From the IMG/VR virus record IMGVR_UViG_3300045988_161728: a stretch of DNA of 64,000 bases, one strand, 5' to 3'. Both the position numbers and the translations under genes were made by a program. The stretch is from a virus. Taxonomy: Duplodnaviria > Heunggongvirae > Uroviricota > Caudoviricetes. The notes under the pieces are model-generated. The model made no database searches. It saw nothing but the letters and a program-made list of their open reading frames with translations, and had not been told where the DNA came from. Positions 1 through 10,000 of this stretch are shown here, in pieces. Position 1 is the stretch's first letter. The number at the start of each line of letters is the position of its first letter.

Positions 1-387
1 CTGAAATGCAATGGTGCAGCATTTTCTTCTGAAAAGTACCCAAATCTGGCAAAGGTTTATCCCACCAATAAATTACCGGATTTACGCGGTGAGTTTATCC
101 GTGGTTGGGATGATGGGCGAGGTGTGGATGCGGGAAGGGTCATCTTAAGCATACAAGGGTGGTTAACAGGAAGTCATTATCATAATATTCGGTCATGGGA
201 CGCGTGGGATAACACGGTATTGGTGCCAAATGACAGAGGGGGGGATAGTCTGTTGTCGACAGATAACGCCGTCCAAGAAGGAGCGATTAATGGTAAATTT
301 ACCAGTCAATACAGAACGGAGTTATCTGGGGGGAATGAAACCCGCCCACGTAACATTGCCTTCAATTATATTGTGAGAGCAGCATAA
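1..387 (+). CDS. Tail-fibre variable C-terminal cassette (Sv'-like), 5' end outside window
   Basis: Frame open from nt 1 (LKCNGAAFSSEKYPNLAK...ETRPRNIAFNYIVRAA); shares conserved head and tail motifs with the C-terminus of the 2026..3855 fibre; stop overlaps next start (TAATG). Confidence 0.7.
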   Translation: MKCNGAAFSSEKYPNLAKVYPTNKLPDLRGEFIRGWDDGRGVDAGRVILSIQGWLTGSHYHNIRSWDAWDNTVLVPNDRGGDSLLSTDNAVQEGAINGKFTSQYRTELSGGNETRPRNIAFNYIVRAA

Positions 388-998
388 TGGATAATGCGAT
401 ATTAAATAGCGAACTTATAGCCATACAGGCAGGAAACATTATCGTTTATAACTATGATGGTGGTAATCGGGAATATATTTCTGCATCAACTGAATATCTT
501 GCTGTTGGCGTTGGTATTCCGGCAAATTCTTGTTTGGATGCTCCAGGCTCACATAAAGCAGGTTATGCGATTCTCCGTTCAGAGGATTTAAGTTCATGGG
601 AGTATGTGCCAGATCATCGTGGCGAAACTGTCTATAGCATTGACACTGGGAATCCCGAAGAAATCACGGTGTTGGGTGACTATCCGGAAAATACAACCAC
701 TATCGCCCCGCTAACACCATACGACAAATGGGATGGAGAGAAATGGGTGGTTGATACTGAGGCTCAACATAGTGCAGCTGTAGATGCAGCAGAAACAAAA
801 CGTCAGTCATTGATTGATACTGCGATGGATTCCATTAGTCTGATTCAGTTGAAATTACGGGCTGGACGGAAGTTGACGCAGGCAGAAACCACGCAGCTTA
901 ACTCCGTGCTAGATTATATAGACGAGCTGAACGCGATGGATTTAACCACGGCACCAGATCTCAACTGGCCTGAAAAACAACTTTCTACAGCCAGTTGA
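387..998 (+). CDS. U: Tail-fibre assembly chaperone (U/Tfa family)
   Basis: 203 aa ORF immediately downstream of and translationally coupled to an Sv cassette; size, position and C-terminal region typical of Mu/P1 U and lambda Tfa proteins. Confidence 0.7.
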   Translation: MDNAILNSELIAIQAGNIIVYNYDGGNREYISASTEYLAVGVGIPANSCLDAPGSHKAGYAILRSEDLSSWEYVPDHRGETVYSIDTGNPEEITVLGDYPENTTTIAPLTPYDKWDGEKWVVDTEAQHSAAVDAAETKRQSLIDTAMDSISLIQLKLRAGRKLTQAETTQLNSVLDYIDELNAMDLTTAPDLNWPEKQLSTAS

Positions 999-1004
999 TA
1001 TAAT

Positions 1005-1511
1005 TAATCCGCCCTCACAATATAATTAAATGCAATATTACGAGGGCGGGTTTCTAAGCCAGCAGTACCTAAATTAGCTACGGACTGTTTATATGTTTTA
1101 AAAGTTCCATAATTAGGGGCTGGCAATCCTGCATCGCTTGTGTTCCCCCATCTGATAACTCCCGTATTACCACTAGTAGCCCATGCCTCGTCAAAGTAGA
1201 AATTAATTGAGCGGTCAGTTGCTACGGTTGATTTTGACGGTAATCCGTGAGCATGATCCTCCGTTGCATATCCTTGCTCGCTTAAAATAGAGCGACCAGA
1301 GTCAATCCCTCGCCCATCATCCCAACCACGGATAAACTCACCGCGTAAATCAGGTAATTTTAACGTTGGGTAAACCTTTGCCAGATTTGGGTACTTTTCA
1401 GAAGAAAATGCTGCACCATTGCATTTCAGCCACCCCGTTGGAGGTGTGGCTGAGGGCCATGGAACAGGTACACCAACGGGCAGCGCCGAGCCTTCTCCTA
1501 AACCAACGTTT
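1005..1511 (-). CDS. Startless tail-fibre Sv cassette (C)
   Basis: 168 codons with no ATG, beginning NVGLGEGSALPVGVPVPWP...LKCNGAAFSSEKYPNLAKVYPT and ending ETRPRNIAFNYIVRAD; same conserved ends as the other Sv cassettes, so it is a silent alternative fibre tip. Confidence 0.5.
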
Positions 1512-1518
1512 TTATGTG
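1493..1518 (-). other. cix/gix-like crossover half-site at start of cassette C
   Basis: TTCTCCTAAACC-AA-CGTTTTTATGTG; left half identical to the site inside S. Confidence 0.4.
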
Positions 1519-2015
1519 GCCCTTACAATGTAATTAAAAGCAACGTTGCGGGGGCGCATTGATATCCATGCCCCGGTAAAATTATCCTCTGCCGTCCTTT
1601 GAGTGCCTGTTATGGAGTTATCTGATGATGCTGGAACATAATCGCTATTATCTCCTGCTTTAGGATTAGCAGGGTTTCCAACAGTTATAACAGAATCAGC
1701 AGTAGCATAAGCGATACCTACTTTGACATTAGTAGTCAGATCGACACCGTAATAATCCTGCAAAGCTGTACGAATAAATGTTGCAGTCTGACCACTTAGC
1801 AATGAACGCCCTGTATCAATCCCTCTCGAATCATCCCAACCACGGATAAACTCACCGCGTAAATCAGGTAATTTTAACGTTGGGTAAACCTTTGCCAGAT
1901 TTGGGTACTTTTCAGAAGAAAATGCTGCTCCGTTACATTTTAGCCAGCCCGTTGGTGGTGTTTCTAAGGGCCACGGAACGGGCACACCAACAGGCAGTGC
2001 AGAGCCTTCCCCCAA
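1512..2015 (-). CDS. Startless tail-fibre Sv cassette (B)
   Basis: ORF-track 'M' is a TTG (Leu) inside the conserved KNVGLGEGS junction; frame is open back to 2036; ends MRPRNVAFNYIVRAT; lies directly after the S stop. Confidence 0.5.
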   Translation of the reverse strand: MGEGSALPVGVPVPWPLETPPTGWLKCNGAAFSSEKYPNLAKVYPTLKLPDLRGEFIRGWDDSRGIDTGRSLLSGQTATFIRTALQDYYGVDLTTNVKVGIAYATADSVITVGNPANPKAGDNSDYVPASSDNSITGTQRTAEDNFTGAWISMRPRNVAFNYIVRAT

Positions 2016-2032
2016 ACCAACGTTTTTATGCC
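2007..2032 (-). other. cix/gix-like crossover half-site at start of cassette B
   Basis: TTCCCCCAAACC-AA-CGTTTTTATGCC; shares the conserved half with the sites at 1493 and 2494. Confidence 0.4.
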
Positions 2033-3855
2033 GCCCTTACGATGTAATTAAATGCGATATTTCGTGGACGGGTTTCACTCCCGCCAGTATTACCAATACT
2101 CCCTCGAGAATGAAGTGTCGGTGATGGAATCAAATTCCCTCCTGTATTTGAGGCATCAAGCCCCCGTCCTTGTGTGTATGTTTTTTTGAAAATTGTCGCC
2201 AGCTCCCATTCATCTTTTGTGTCGTAACCATCATTGGCTACAACAATATGTCGGTGCTTTTCCAGCATTCCTGTCTGAATGCTCAATAAAGCACGTCCCG
2301 CATCCACCCCGCGCCCATCATCCCAGCCGCGAATAAATTCTCCCCGTAAATCCGGTAATTTATTGGTGGGATAAGCCTTTGCCAGATTTGGGTACTTTTC
2401 AGAAGAAAATGCTGCACCATTGCATTTCAGCCACCCCGTTGGAGGTGTGGCTGAGGGCCATGGAACAGGTACACCAACGGGCAGCGCCGAGCCTTCTCCT
2501 AAACCAAGGTAATCAAGAACGCTCTGAATACTGGTCTTACCAAGAATGGCGCGTCCAACACTTGTCAATGCAGTTAACGCGGCACGATCAACACCTGTGA
2601 AATAAGGGAGTTTATCTGCTGCTGTAGCTAGTGCCGCTAGAGCAGTGAGCGTAGCGTCTGCCGCTTGCTTTCCATTAGCCAAATCATATGCAGCCTTGAC
2701 AGCTTTCGGTGTGGCGGCCAGCACTTCGGACGTGCTATTGGTAGCACTGCTGAGTTGGACTATCCCTTTTTGAGCCGTGGTTGCATCCTGGGCTGTATAC
2801 TTCCCGTTAGCCAGGTCATATGCAGCCTTGACAGCTTTCGGTGTGGCGGCCAGCACTTCGGACGTGCTGTTAGTGGCACTACTGAGCTGAGTGATGCCTT
2901 TCGCTGTCAATGAAGCTGTTGGCACACCAGTGATCTGATTCCAGGGATGTGTATGACTGGATGGTGCCTTTCCGGCTGCTAGATCGTATGCAGCTTTAAC
3001 CGCTTTTGGAGTTGCAGCTAATGTTTCAGAAGTGCTGTTAGTGTCGCTACTGAGCTGAACTATCCCTTTTTGTGTCGTGGTTGCATCCTGGGCTGTATAC
3101 TTCCCGTTAGCCAGGTCATATGCAGCCTTGACAGCTTTCGGTGTGGCGGCCAGCACTTCAGACGTGCTGTTAGTAGCACTGCTGAGCTGAACTAATCCCT
3201 TTTGCGTTGTGCTTGCATCCTGCGCCGTATACTTGCTTTTCGCCAGATCGTAGGCTTTTTTAACTGCCAGCGAACTTGCAGCGACATCACTTCTGGTACT
3301 GGTTACAGAGTCGGAAATTTCAATGCCTATCGTGAGATCGATGCGGTCGGATACATCTATCATTTCCTGAGTAATAGCAGATACGCCAGCAGGGATATTC
3401 ACCGTACAAACAAGCAGTTCCCCATCTCCTAACTGATATGAATCGGTATAGGTTCTGGCAACAAATTCAGCCGCATGAATATGTGACGCGGTATTAACCT
3501 GATAAGAATCTTCTCCAAGGAGGTATCTTCCCTTCAGCACAATTGCATATTTCTTACCTGCGCTAAGTGCAAGAGAAATATCCTTACGCTGCTGAATAGT
3601 TACCTGGTAGAATTCACCAATATTCACTGACGCCGCGCCAGCGGTTTTATCACCATCCACTGAGGTGATTAACAGGTTCATTCCACCGCCAGGCTTAGGC
3701 AAGAAACCAGCATAAAATCCCGGGTCAACAATTCCCCTGAATTTTCGGTTTAGAGCGGCTGACAGATATGGTTCGTGGTATTGCACATCAGCCACCAGAG
3801 CCAACGACTCGGGTGATGGGTAAGTAACCGATGTAACAACTGTAACGTCATTCAT
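2026..3855 (-). CDS. S: Tail fibre protein S (constant part fused to Sv cassette A)
   Basis: Probable start ATG at 3855 (MNDVTVV..., AAGGAT RBS) rather than the ORF-track start at 3942; internal fibre repeats (AATPKAVKAAYDLA..TAQDATTTQKGIVQLSS) recur 4-5 times; C-terminal 170 aa match the other Sv cassettes. Confidence 0.8.
   Translation of the reverse strand: MNDVTVVTSVTYPSPESLALVADVQYHEPYLSAALNRKFRGIVDPGFYAGFLPKPGGGMNLLITSVDGDKTAGAASVNIGEFYQVTIQQRKDISLALSAGKKYAIVLKGRYLLGEDSYQVNTASHIHAAEFVARTYTDSYQLGDGELLVCTVNIPAGVSAITQEMIDVSDRIDLTIGIEISDSVTSTRSDVAASSLAVKKAYDLAKSKYTAQDASTTQKGLVQLSSATNSTSEVLAATPKAVKAAYDLANGKYTAQDATTTQKGIVQLSSDTNSTSETLAATPKAVKAAYDLAAGKAPSSHTHPWNQITGVPTASLTAKGITQLSSATNSTSEVLAATPKAVKAAYDLANGKYTAQDATTAQKGIVQLSSATNSTSEVLAATPKAVKAAYDLANGKQAADATLTALAALATAADKLPYFTGVDRAALTALTSVGRAILGKTSIQSVLDYLGLGEGSALPVGVPVPWPSATPPTGWLKCNGAAFSSEKYPNLAKAYPTNKLPDLRGEFIRGWDDGRGVDAGRALLSIQTGMLEKHRHIVVANDGYDTKDEWELATIFKKTYTQGRGLDASNTGGNLIPSPTLHSRGSIGNTGGSETRPRNIAFNYIVRAA
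2494..2519 (-). other. Candidate 26-bp Cin/Min-type crossover site at the Sc/Sv junction
   Basis: TTCTCCTAAACC-AA-GGTAATCAAGAA, an imperfect dyad with a 2-bp core, placed exactly where the constant sequence (..SVLDYLG) meets the conserved cassette head (LGEGS..); resembles the gix/hix/cix family as remembered. Confidence 0.45.
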
Positions 3856-3866
3856 CAAGCATATCC

Positions 3867-4301
3867 TTATGCTGTAGTCGAGTTTATGGCCATAACTGCG
3901 GTATATGTTTTGCCCACATACAGCGAGTCTTCTTGGACACAAATAATGGCGATTGGCTTATTCTCGTTATCCAGAACAACCAGAGTGTTGAATGGGTAGT
4001 TTTTCCCTTCCTGCAACTGACTTTGATCAAGGTCCATTCGGACAGTAATTATCCCGCCTGAGTAGGTTGGGACGAGGTTGATGGTGCAAAATTGACTGGT
4101 CAGTTCTGCCAGATCGAAAGCCTTTGGCAGTTCTCCAATCTCATAAGTGCCATCTCCTTTCTTAGTAACCAGTGAACTGGTACCGAAAACGGCCTTGCTG
4201 ATTAAAAATCGAGAGCCTTTGTTAATGGACGATTCAGCGCGCCGCTGATAGTAATAGTCCAACAACTGACTCTTATAGAGGTTTGTTGAGACGTCAGACA
4301 T
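3867..4301 (-). CDS. R: Tail-fibre associated structural protein (P1 R position)
   Basis: 144 aa ORF immediately upstream of S in the same operon; assignment is positional. Confidence 0.45.
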   Translation of the reverse strand: MSDVSTNLYKSQLLDYYYQRRAESSINKGSRFLISKAVFGTSSLVTKKGDGTYEIGELPKAFDLAELTSQFCTINLVPTYSGGIITVRMDLDQSQLQEGKNYPFNTLVVLDNENKPIAIICVQEDSLYVGKTYTAVMAINSTTA

Positions 4302-4379
4302 GATTTTCCCTAATCAATGTTGTGAAGCCTCATTGTAAGATAAGTAACTTGTCACCCCGCCCTGCGGACGGGGTGATTG

Positions 4380-5219
4380 TCACGCATCGCTATCCAACAG
4401 CAAATCATCTGCGCGGGTGCGATCAAACGTAGGCGTTGCTTTCACAATAGTGCCGCCCGGCGTTGCAGTGATCGGGGCGTTAATCGACGTAACTTCAGTA
4501 AGCGAAGTTGTATCCGAAGTTTCAAACCAGCAGAATGCTTTTTCGGTATCAGAAATCTCATTCAAAGTGATCATGTCGGCCTGTTCATTTACAACAACCG
4601 ACAAATAGAGCGTAAGCCCATCAAACACTATATGCAGTGGCAGTAGAGGCTTTACGAACTGATTAAACTTTCTGAGAATTTCTTCTGTAATTGCGGACTG
4701 ATCTATCGTTCCAGTAATACCCATTGTCCGGGCCAAGTCGTTTATGGGAATACTGATCATTCCTCTGGAAGTCAGAAACATCTCGCCGAATGTGCCGCCG
4801 GTGGTTTCCAGTGTGCTTTCTGGAATCAGGACCGTGCCATAGGGATGACGTTCAAAGTCCACCGGAGCATATATGGGATCCCATAAAACCGATATACCGT
4901 TAAATTCGCGATAAATTGTCTGGTTTATAGGGCGTTCAGTACCCTTAAAATGGATCTCATCAAACCGCTGTTGTAACAACATCGGAACGGAAGATGAATT
5001 CGACGTTCTGATAGTAAAAAACTGGCCAAGTTCATTTGTCCTAGTCTCCAGATCCTCCTTGCTCATGGAGAAAATAGACTTCCGGTTGGTAATTCGCTCC
5101 AACCATGGGTCAACAAAGGTGTCCATCATTGACTGAACCAAATCAGCCAATGATTTATAAAGTAATGACTTTTGCTTAGCTGATGTAAGCCGGTTATTAA
5201 ACCAGGAACGCTGCATCAC
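4380..5219 (-). CDS. Baseplate protein (gpI-like; P1 gene 16 position)
   Basis: 279 aa; follows a W-like/J-like pair in P2-type order W-J-I-H(fibre); positional inference. Confidence 0.4.
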   Translation of the reverse strand: MMQRSWFNNRLTSAKQKSLLYKSLADLVQSMMDTFVDPWLERITNRKSIFSMSKEDLETRTNELGQFFTIRTSNSSSVPMLLQQRFDEIHFKGTERPINQTIYREFNGISVLWDPIYAPVDFERHPYGTVLIPESTLETTGGTFGEMFLTSRGMISIPINDLARTMGITGTIDQSAITEEILRKFNQFVKPLLPLHIVFDGLTLYLSVVVNEQADMITLNEISDTEKAFCWFETSDTTSLTEVTSINAPITATPGGTIVKATPTFDRTRADDLLLDSDA

Positions 5220-6649
5220 TCCTCCTCATACGAAATATTAAAGGTGGAGTTTTCTGTATCCAGATAAACGAAATCGTAAAAGCCGTTGGACTCATTCCAC
5301 TCGACAAATTCCAGATAAAAGTCGCGGAAATAACCCAGCGTTTCGATAAATGCCCAAACGTCTTTTTTCTTGATTAGGATGTACTTGCCGACACGGTTCG
5401 GATCAAAGAAAGTTGAGTCACGCCCAAATTTTGTTTCCAGTGCCGACTTCAGCTCATCAGTCACGTTCTCAATGGTCAGGCTTGCCGATATCCGCCCAGT
5501 GATGGTGATCTTAAAGGGTAGTTTTCTGACCTCTTTATACGAGAATTTCTTGTTCAACTCATTCGGCACCTTCTTAAAGGCGGCCAGGATCATTTCTTCA
5601 AGCTCTGACTGGCTTTTGTTTGGATGCCATCCTGAAATAAATATCTTATTGATATTCCGAACATTATAAGCACCATCTAATTTCTCTTGCTGGCCTTCGC
5701 CCCATGCCTTTACCCAGGACAGTCCCGGGATGTTACGCACCAGAAAATACGTATAGTCCCCGCCCCATACGACCTGATCATCATAGGCAAGGTAATATTG
5801 TGCACGATTACGTGTGATCTCCGTTGTTTCAGCATCGGTACCTGCGGTTATGGGTGTCGTTGTCTTAACTGAAATCAAATTAGCTAAATTAGCCGCAGAA
5901 TCGACAGGAGTCAGGTTTTGGCCAGCAACCAGGGTTATATCTCCGTTGGTGCACCATACCTTAAGTGTAATGGTCGAGCCTTCTGGCGGTATTTGCCCAA
6001 TTAGCCCATCACCGAATCGAACCCCCAACTGCTCGGATGGCTTATAAAACTCAACGTAGACCTGGCTTTTACTACCGGCTAACCGGAACATAGTGCTGGA
6101 AGACCACTGCGTGGTCTTACCATCGGTCGTCACGAATACTTCCAGCTTACAGCAGACAGCAGTGAGAGCCTTTGATAACACGACTTCCAGAAATTCTTTG
6201 GCTGCCGTAACGGTATATGTCACCTCCTGGATTTCCAACTGTGCCACTTCTACCGTACCGGTGCCGTCAACCAACCTGCATACATCCATAGTCATGTAAG
6301 GGTACTGGTCGTCAGATATTAAAGGCATGTTTTTGGGGATTACCGCTGGGGCATCTTCACTTGTGGCGGTGATCTCAATCATCCCCGATGACGGTGTTGG
6401 CTTGGTACCAACGTAACTATTCGTTTCTGCCGCTGCCAGGATAGAGGAACGCCGCGTCGCGGTCGATATAAAGCCTTCAGCCAGCGCCGCATCGGCATAC
6501 TGAAAGCACCTGTAGACAATCTGGGTAATAAACAATGTCAGCATCGAGACAAATTGAGAGCCGACAAACTTCGACCAGAATGAATCTTTCTCGACAAGCT
6601 CTTCAAACTCTGCACGAATACTGTCTTTAGTCGGTGTTGTTTTACTCAT
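5216..6649 (-). CDS. Baseplate J-like protein (P1 BplA position)
   Basis: 477 aa; overlapping stop/start with neighbours; sits between a gpW-like and a gpI-like gene. Confidence 0.45.
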   Translation of the reverse strand: MSKTTPTKDSIRAEFEELVEKDSFWSKFVGSQFVSMLTLFITQIVYRCFQYADAALAEGFISTATRRSSILAAAETNSYVGTKPTPSSGMIEITATSEDAPAVIPKNMPLISDDQYPYMTMDVCRLVDGTGTVEVAQLEIQEVTYTVTAAKEFLEVVLSKALTAVCCKLEVFVTTDGKTTQWSSSTMFRLAGSKSQVYVEFYKPSEQLGVRFGDGLIGQIPPEGSTITLKVWCTNGDITLVAGQNLTPVDSAANLANLISVKTTTPITAGTDAETTEITRNRAQYYLAYDDQVVWGGDYTYFLVRNIPGLSWVKAWGEGQQEKLDGAYNVRNINKIFISGWHPNKSQSELEEMILAAFKKVPNELNKKFSYKEVRKLPFKITITGRISASLTIENVTDELKSALETKFGRDSTFFDPNRVGKYILIKKKDVWAFIETLGYFRDFYLEFVEWNESNGFYDFVYLDTENSTFNISYEEE

Positions 6650-7005
6650 AGCACCACGTCCTGTGTGATAGTTATATCCCTGATACGAATGGATATTTTC
6701 AACTTATCAAAAGCATCTCCCTCGGCTACTGACAAGCCAGAAATCGGTATGTCAGGTAAATCTACCGTCAGTTTTTGCAACAGCATTGCCTCAACCGCAA
6801 TTTGAACATGCGACAAGTTGGTCGGTTCGTGTTTAAACTGCGGTAAAACATTGCCCCATGACGGATCTCCGTATACCTCACCCTGATAAGTGTTTAGCCA
6901 CTCATATAAACGAGCGCCCCAGGCCTCCTCCTGGGACTCATACGTTTTTACGCCGGATAACTCCAGCGTCAGTAAAGGATCAATTTCATTATTGTTGGCC
7001 ATCAA
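6646..7005 (-). CDS. Baseplate wedge gpW/gp25-like protein (P1 PmgA position)
   Basis: 119 aa, size and operon position typical of gpW/gp25 family. Confidence 0.4.
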   Translation of the reverse strand: MMANNNEIDPLLTLELSGVKTYESQEEAWGARLYEWLNTYQGEVYGDPSWGNVLPQFKHEPTNLSHVQIAVEAMLLQKLTVDLPDIPISGLSVAEGDAFDKLKISIRIRDITITQDVVL

Positions 7006-10000
7006 TCAACTCTCGCGTAGTCATTCATCAACGGATCATCAATTGACAGTGGCACCGTGCGCATAACGCCCGGTTGAGGCGTGCTGACCTTTACGACAGT
7101 TCCCTGGCCTTTCGCCGAGTCTTTAGTGTGCTCTTCAATCCTGGCAAGCAATGAGGTCATCTGCGCAAACAGCCGCTTCGTTTCACCATCAAGTGAAACG
7201 GTATTATCAGCCAACTGCATTGTCGGCTTGGCACCGGAGCCGCCAAGGTCACTAATAACCTGTCCGTCTATCTGCATACGACCGGTTGGTTGCTGCAAAT
7301 CGTTGGCGGCAGTCGTCACCTGGGACGTGGAGGCTGGTTCAGGCACATTATTTTTCCGCATCCCCGGCGAGTTGCGGAGTTTATCGAATAGTCCATCAAT
7401 CCCCATTTGTGCGCCGAGTTGGTCAAAGTAACTTGAGTTGCTGGCCACCGGACGCGCCTCTTCGACTGGCATCGGAGTATCAACATACACATTGCCAGCT
7501 GCTGTTGCGGTCCCCTTCCCTCGTGCACGTTCTTCGAGCGTTCCCTGAACGACTTCCCGACGCATACCCCGGCCATTCATGAATTTGTTGACCAGATCGT
7601 TAACACCAACAGCATTGCCAATTTTGTCTACCAGACCGCCTTTCTCAAACGGGCTATCACCAGGGGTAAACGCCAGGCCAGTAGACTGATCGATAACAGC
7701 GTTATCAGGTATCTTTTCGTGAATTGCTGGTGCGCTATGATCTACCTTAGAGCCATAAACGGCACCATTATTGAGCATCTGCTGATACCCTCTGACACGA
7801 GTAACATATTCGCCGGTACCGGCGACTACTCTCCCCTTATCAACATGCCCCATACCAGCATGATAGGCAGCTATTGCACGACCCTGATCACCGTTATAAC
7901 GGTTCATCAGGATACTTAGGTATCTGGCGGCACCATCAGCTGCTTTTCGTGTATCCATGGCATCAGCATCGCTGAGTCCAAGATCCTCCCTTGTACCTTT
8001 AGTGATCTGAAAAGCCCCAAGGGCAGATGAAAGTTTGTTCCCGTTTTTGTCTACTGGATTTCCAGTTCTCTGGCCTGCACTAGACTCTGCGGAAGCAACT
8101 GCTGACAGAATCCCTTTTTCAAGCCCATACTTACGTTCAAGCTCATCAAAATAATCGGCATTGTCAGAAATCCATTGGTATCCGGCAGCATTTAATTTTG
8201 GCAAAGAAACATCCTTGCCATTGTTAAATCGACGTTTATCTATCTCATATGCACTTAATGCTTCCTCCTTACCTGTAGCAGACTGGCCCAAGGCAGCATC
8301 AATTGTTTGTGCTGCTTTATTTCCTGTTTCTACGGCATTTGCATTGATAATCTGATTAGCAGTTTCTTTAACTGTTTTATTGCTATCTTTCGCCGTGTCC
8401 AGTGCCGCATTTATCACGCGGGTAGCAATATTACTCTGTTTGGCATCGGATTCAGTTTTAGAATCAGACGTCTCCTGGTGGCTATTAACCGGAGCTTTTA
8501 ACTCTGGAGTGATTTCTTTCGCATTAGCCTCGCCGATCGGATTGGGTATTTTTGATACAATCATTGCCGCAGGGGTATTTTTAACGGCATCAACCGCTGC
8601 ATCTAATGCTTTACCTGGTAAATTTTTAACCCCATCCCAAATATTACCAGCCGCCTCTTTAATGTGTTTCCCTGGGTTCTGAATGAAATCAATTGCACTA
8701 TCAATTGCATCACTGAAAACCTGTTTCAGGTTATCGACAGTAAAGAAGTCCTTGATGGCATCCAGCTTTTCAAGCAGCTTATTAGATGTATCGCTAAACC
8801 ATGCTGAAACAGCATCACCAATCTTTGCTGTGTAATCATCGAACTTGGTAGAAATGGTGTCGCCAAGGTTAGAAATATATGTTTCTAAGTTGGTAATCCC
8901 ACTATCAATGGCCAGGGCAATACTTTCCGTCGAAAATGATTGCAACATATTGCCGATATCCTCAAATCCAAGTGATTTGAGAACCTCACCAATGGCGCTG
9001 CTAATACCAGATACCAGTCCCCCCATATCAAGAACATTAGCTAACGTATAAGCGGCTTTTTGCTGGAATGATGGATCTTGTCCTGATTTAAGCCCAAACG
9101 CTCGACGTTGCGCTTCTGTATCATTCCAACCGGTTACCGCATCATAAATACCTCCAGCCACTGTGCCGACTAGGGGAATTGCGCGTAACGCCCCTTTACC
9201 AACTGCCTTTAATCCAAGTTTACCTGCTGCCCGGGCAGCCAAATCTCCGCCTTCATGGGCGAGAGTCTTCTTGCCACCACCGCGTAGCATTCCTACAAGT
9301 TTCTTTGCCCCCAGAGCGCCAAAAGCGAGTGCTCCAGCTTTTTTCAGCATGCCACGCCCCATTAACAACGACGCGACGCCACCGGCCCCCTTCCCTAACA
9401 GGCTAAATAATTTGGACAGCAAGCCGCCCTTCTTTTTCCCGGTGTTTTTGGCTATCTGATCAAGGGCGCTGAGAATCTTGTCATTGCCCTCTTTAATTTC
9501 GCTGGTCTGATCCTGAAGTTCCTGAACCGTCCGTTTTTGGGTGTTAACCTGAACGACATCGGCACTATTTTGCGATTTACGCCTAAAAAAACCTTTTCTA
9601 CGGCTGTTATCGTCATTGCCACGAATCACATCGGCAATAGACTTTCTGGCACCATTAAGCGATCCACCAACTTCTTTTGATATCCCGCCAAGCTCCTTCC
9701 CTGCGGCCCACAATGGACCAGCAACGGCATAACCTAACGCATCGACGGCACGAGTCTCTGAAGGGTTACCTATGCCTTCAGCTACTTTTGACAGTTTTTT
9801 TAATAAACCTGATTCAGCATTTAGACGCTCATCATCCTCTTTTCGCCTGGCCTTTTCTGCTCGTTCAGCACGGGCATCTTCCGCTGCGGCCTTACTCCCT
9901 GACTTTCCAATAAAACGACCACGCGCATCGCGTTGGTTTTGGCTTTTTTGCGCACCGCCTTTTTGACCGAACATTTCGCGAGCGTGTTCGGCTGCTTCGG

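Noticed and set aside
1011-1051. Perfect 8-bp-arm palindrome CCGCCCTC...GAGGGCGG between convergent U' and cassette C, as a bidirectional terminator
   Set aside because: Both arms are coding (they encode the RPR and VRA residues of the conserved cassette tail), the loop is 25 nt, and there is no U-tract.
2379-3432. Plus-strand ORFs (2379..2600, 2665..2913, 3202..3432) inside the S gene
   Set aside because: Antisense to the fibre repeat region; the internal repetition mirrors the fibre repeats.
7081-9966. Numerous plus-strand ORFs of 60-116 aa antisense to sit
   Set aside because: They lie entirely inside the 1124-aa Sit reading frame on the opposite strand, have no RBS and show low-complexity translations; antisense artefacts.
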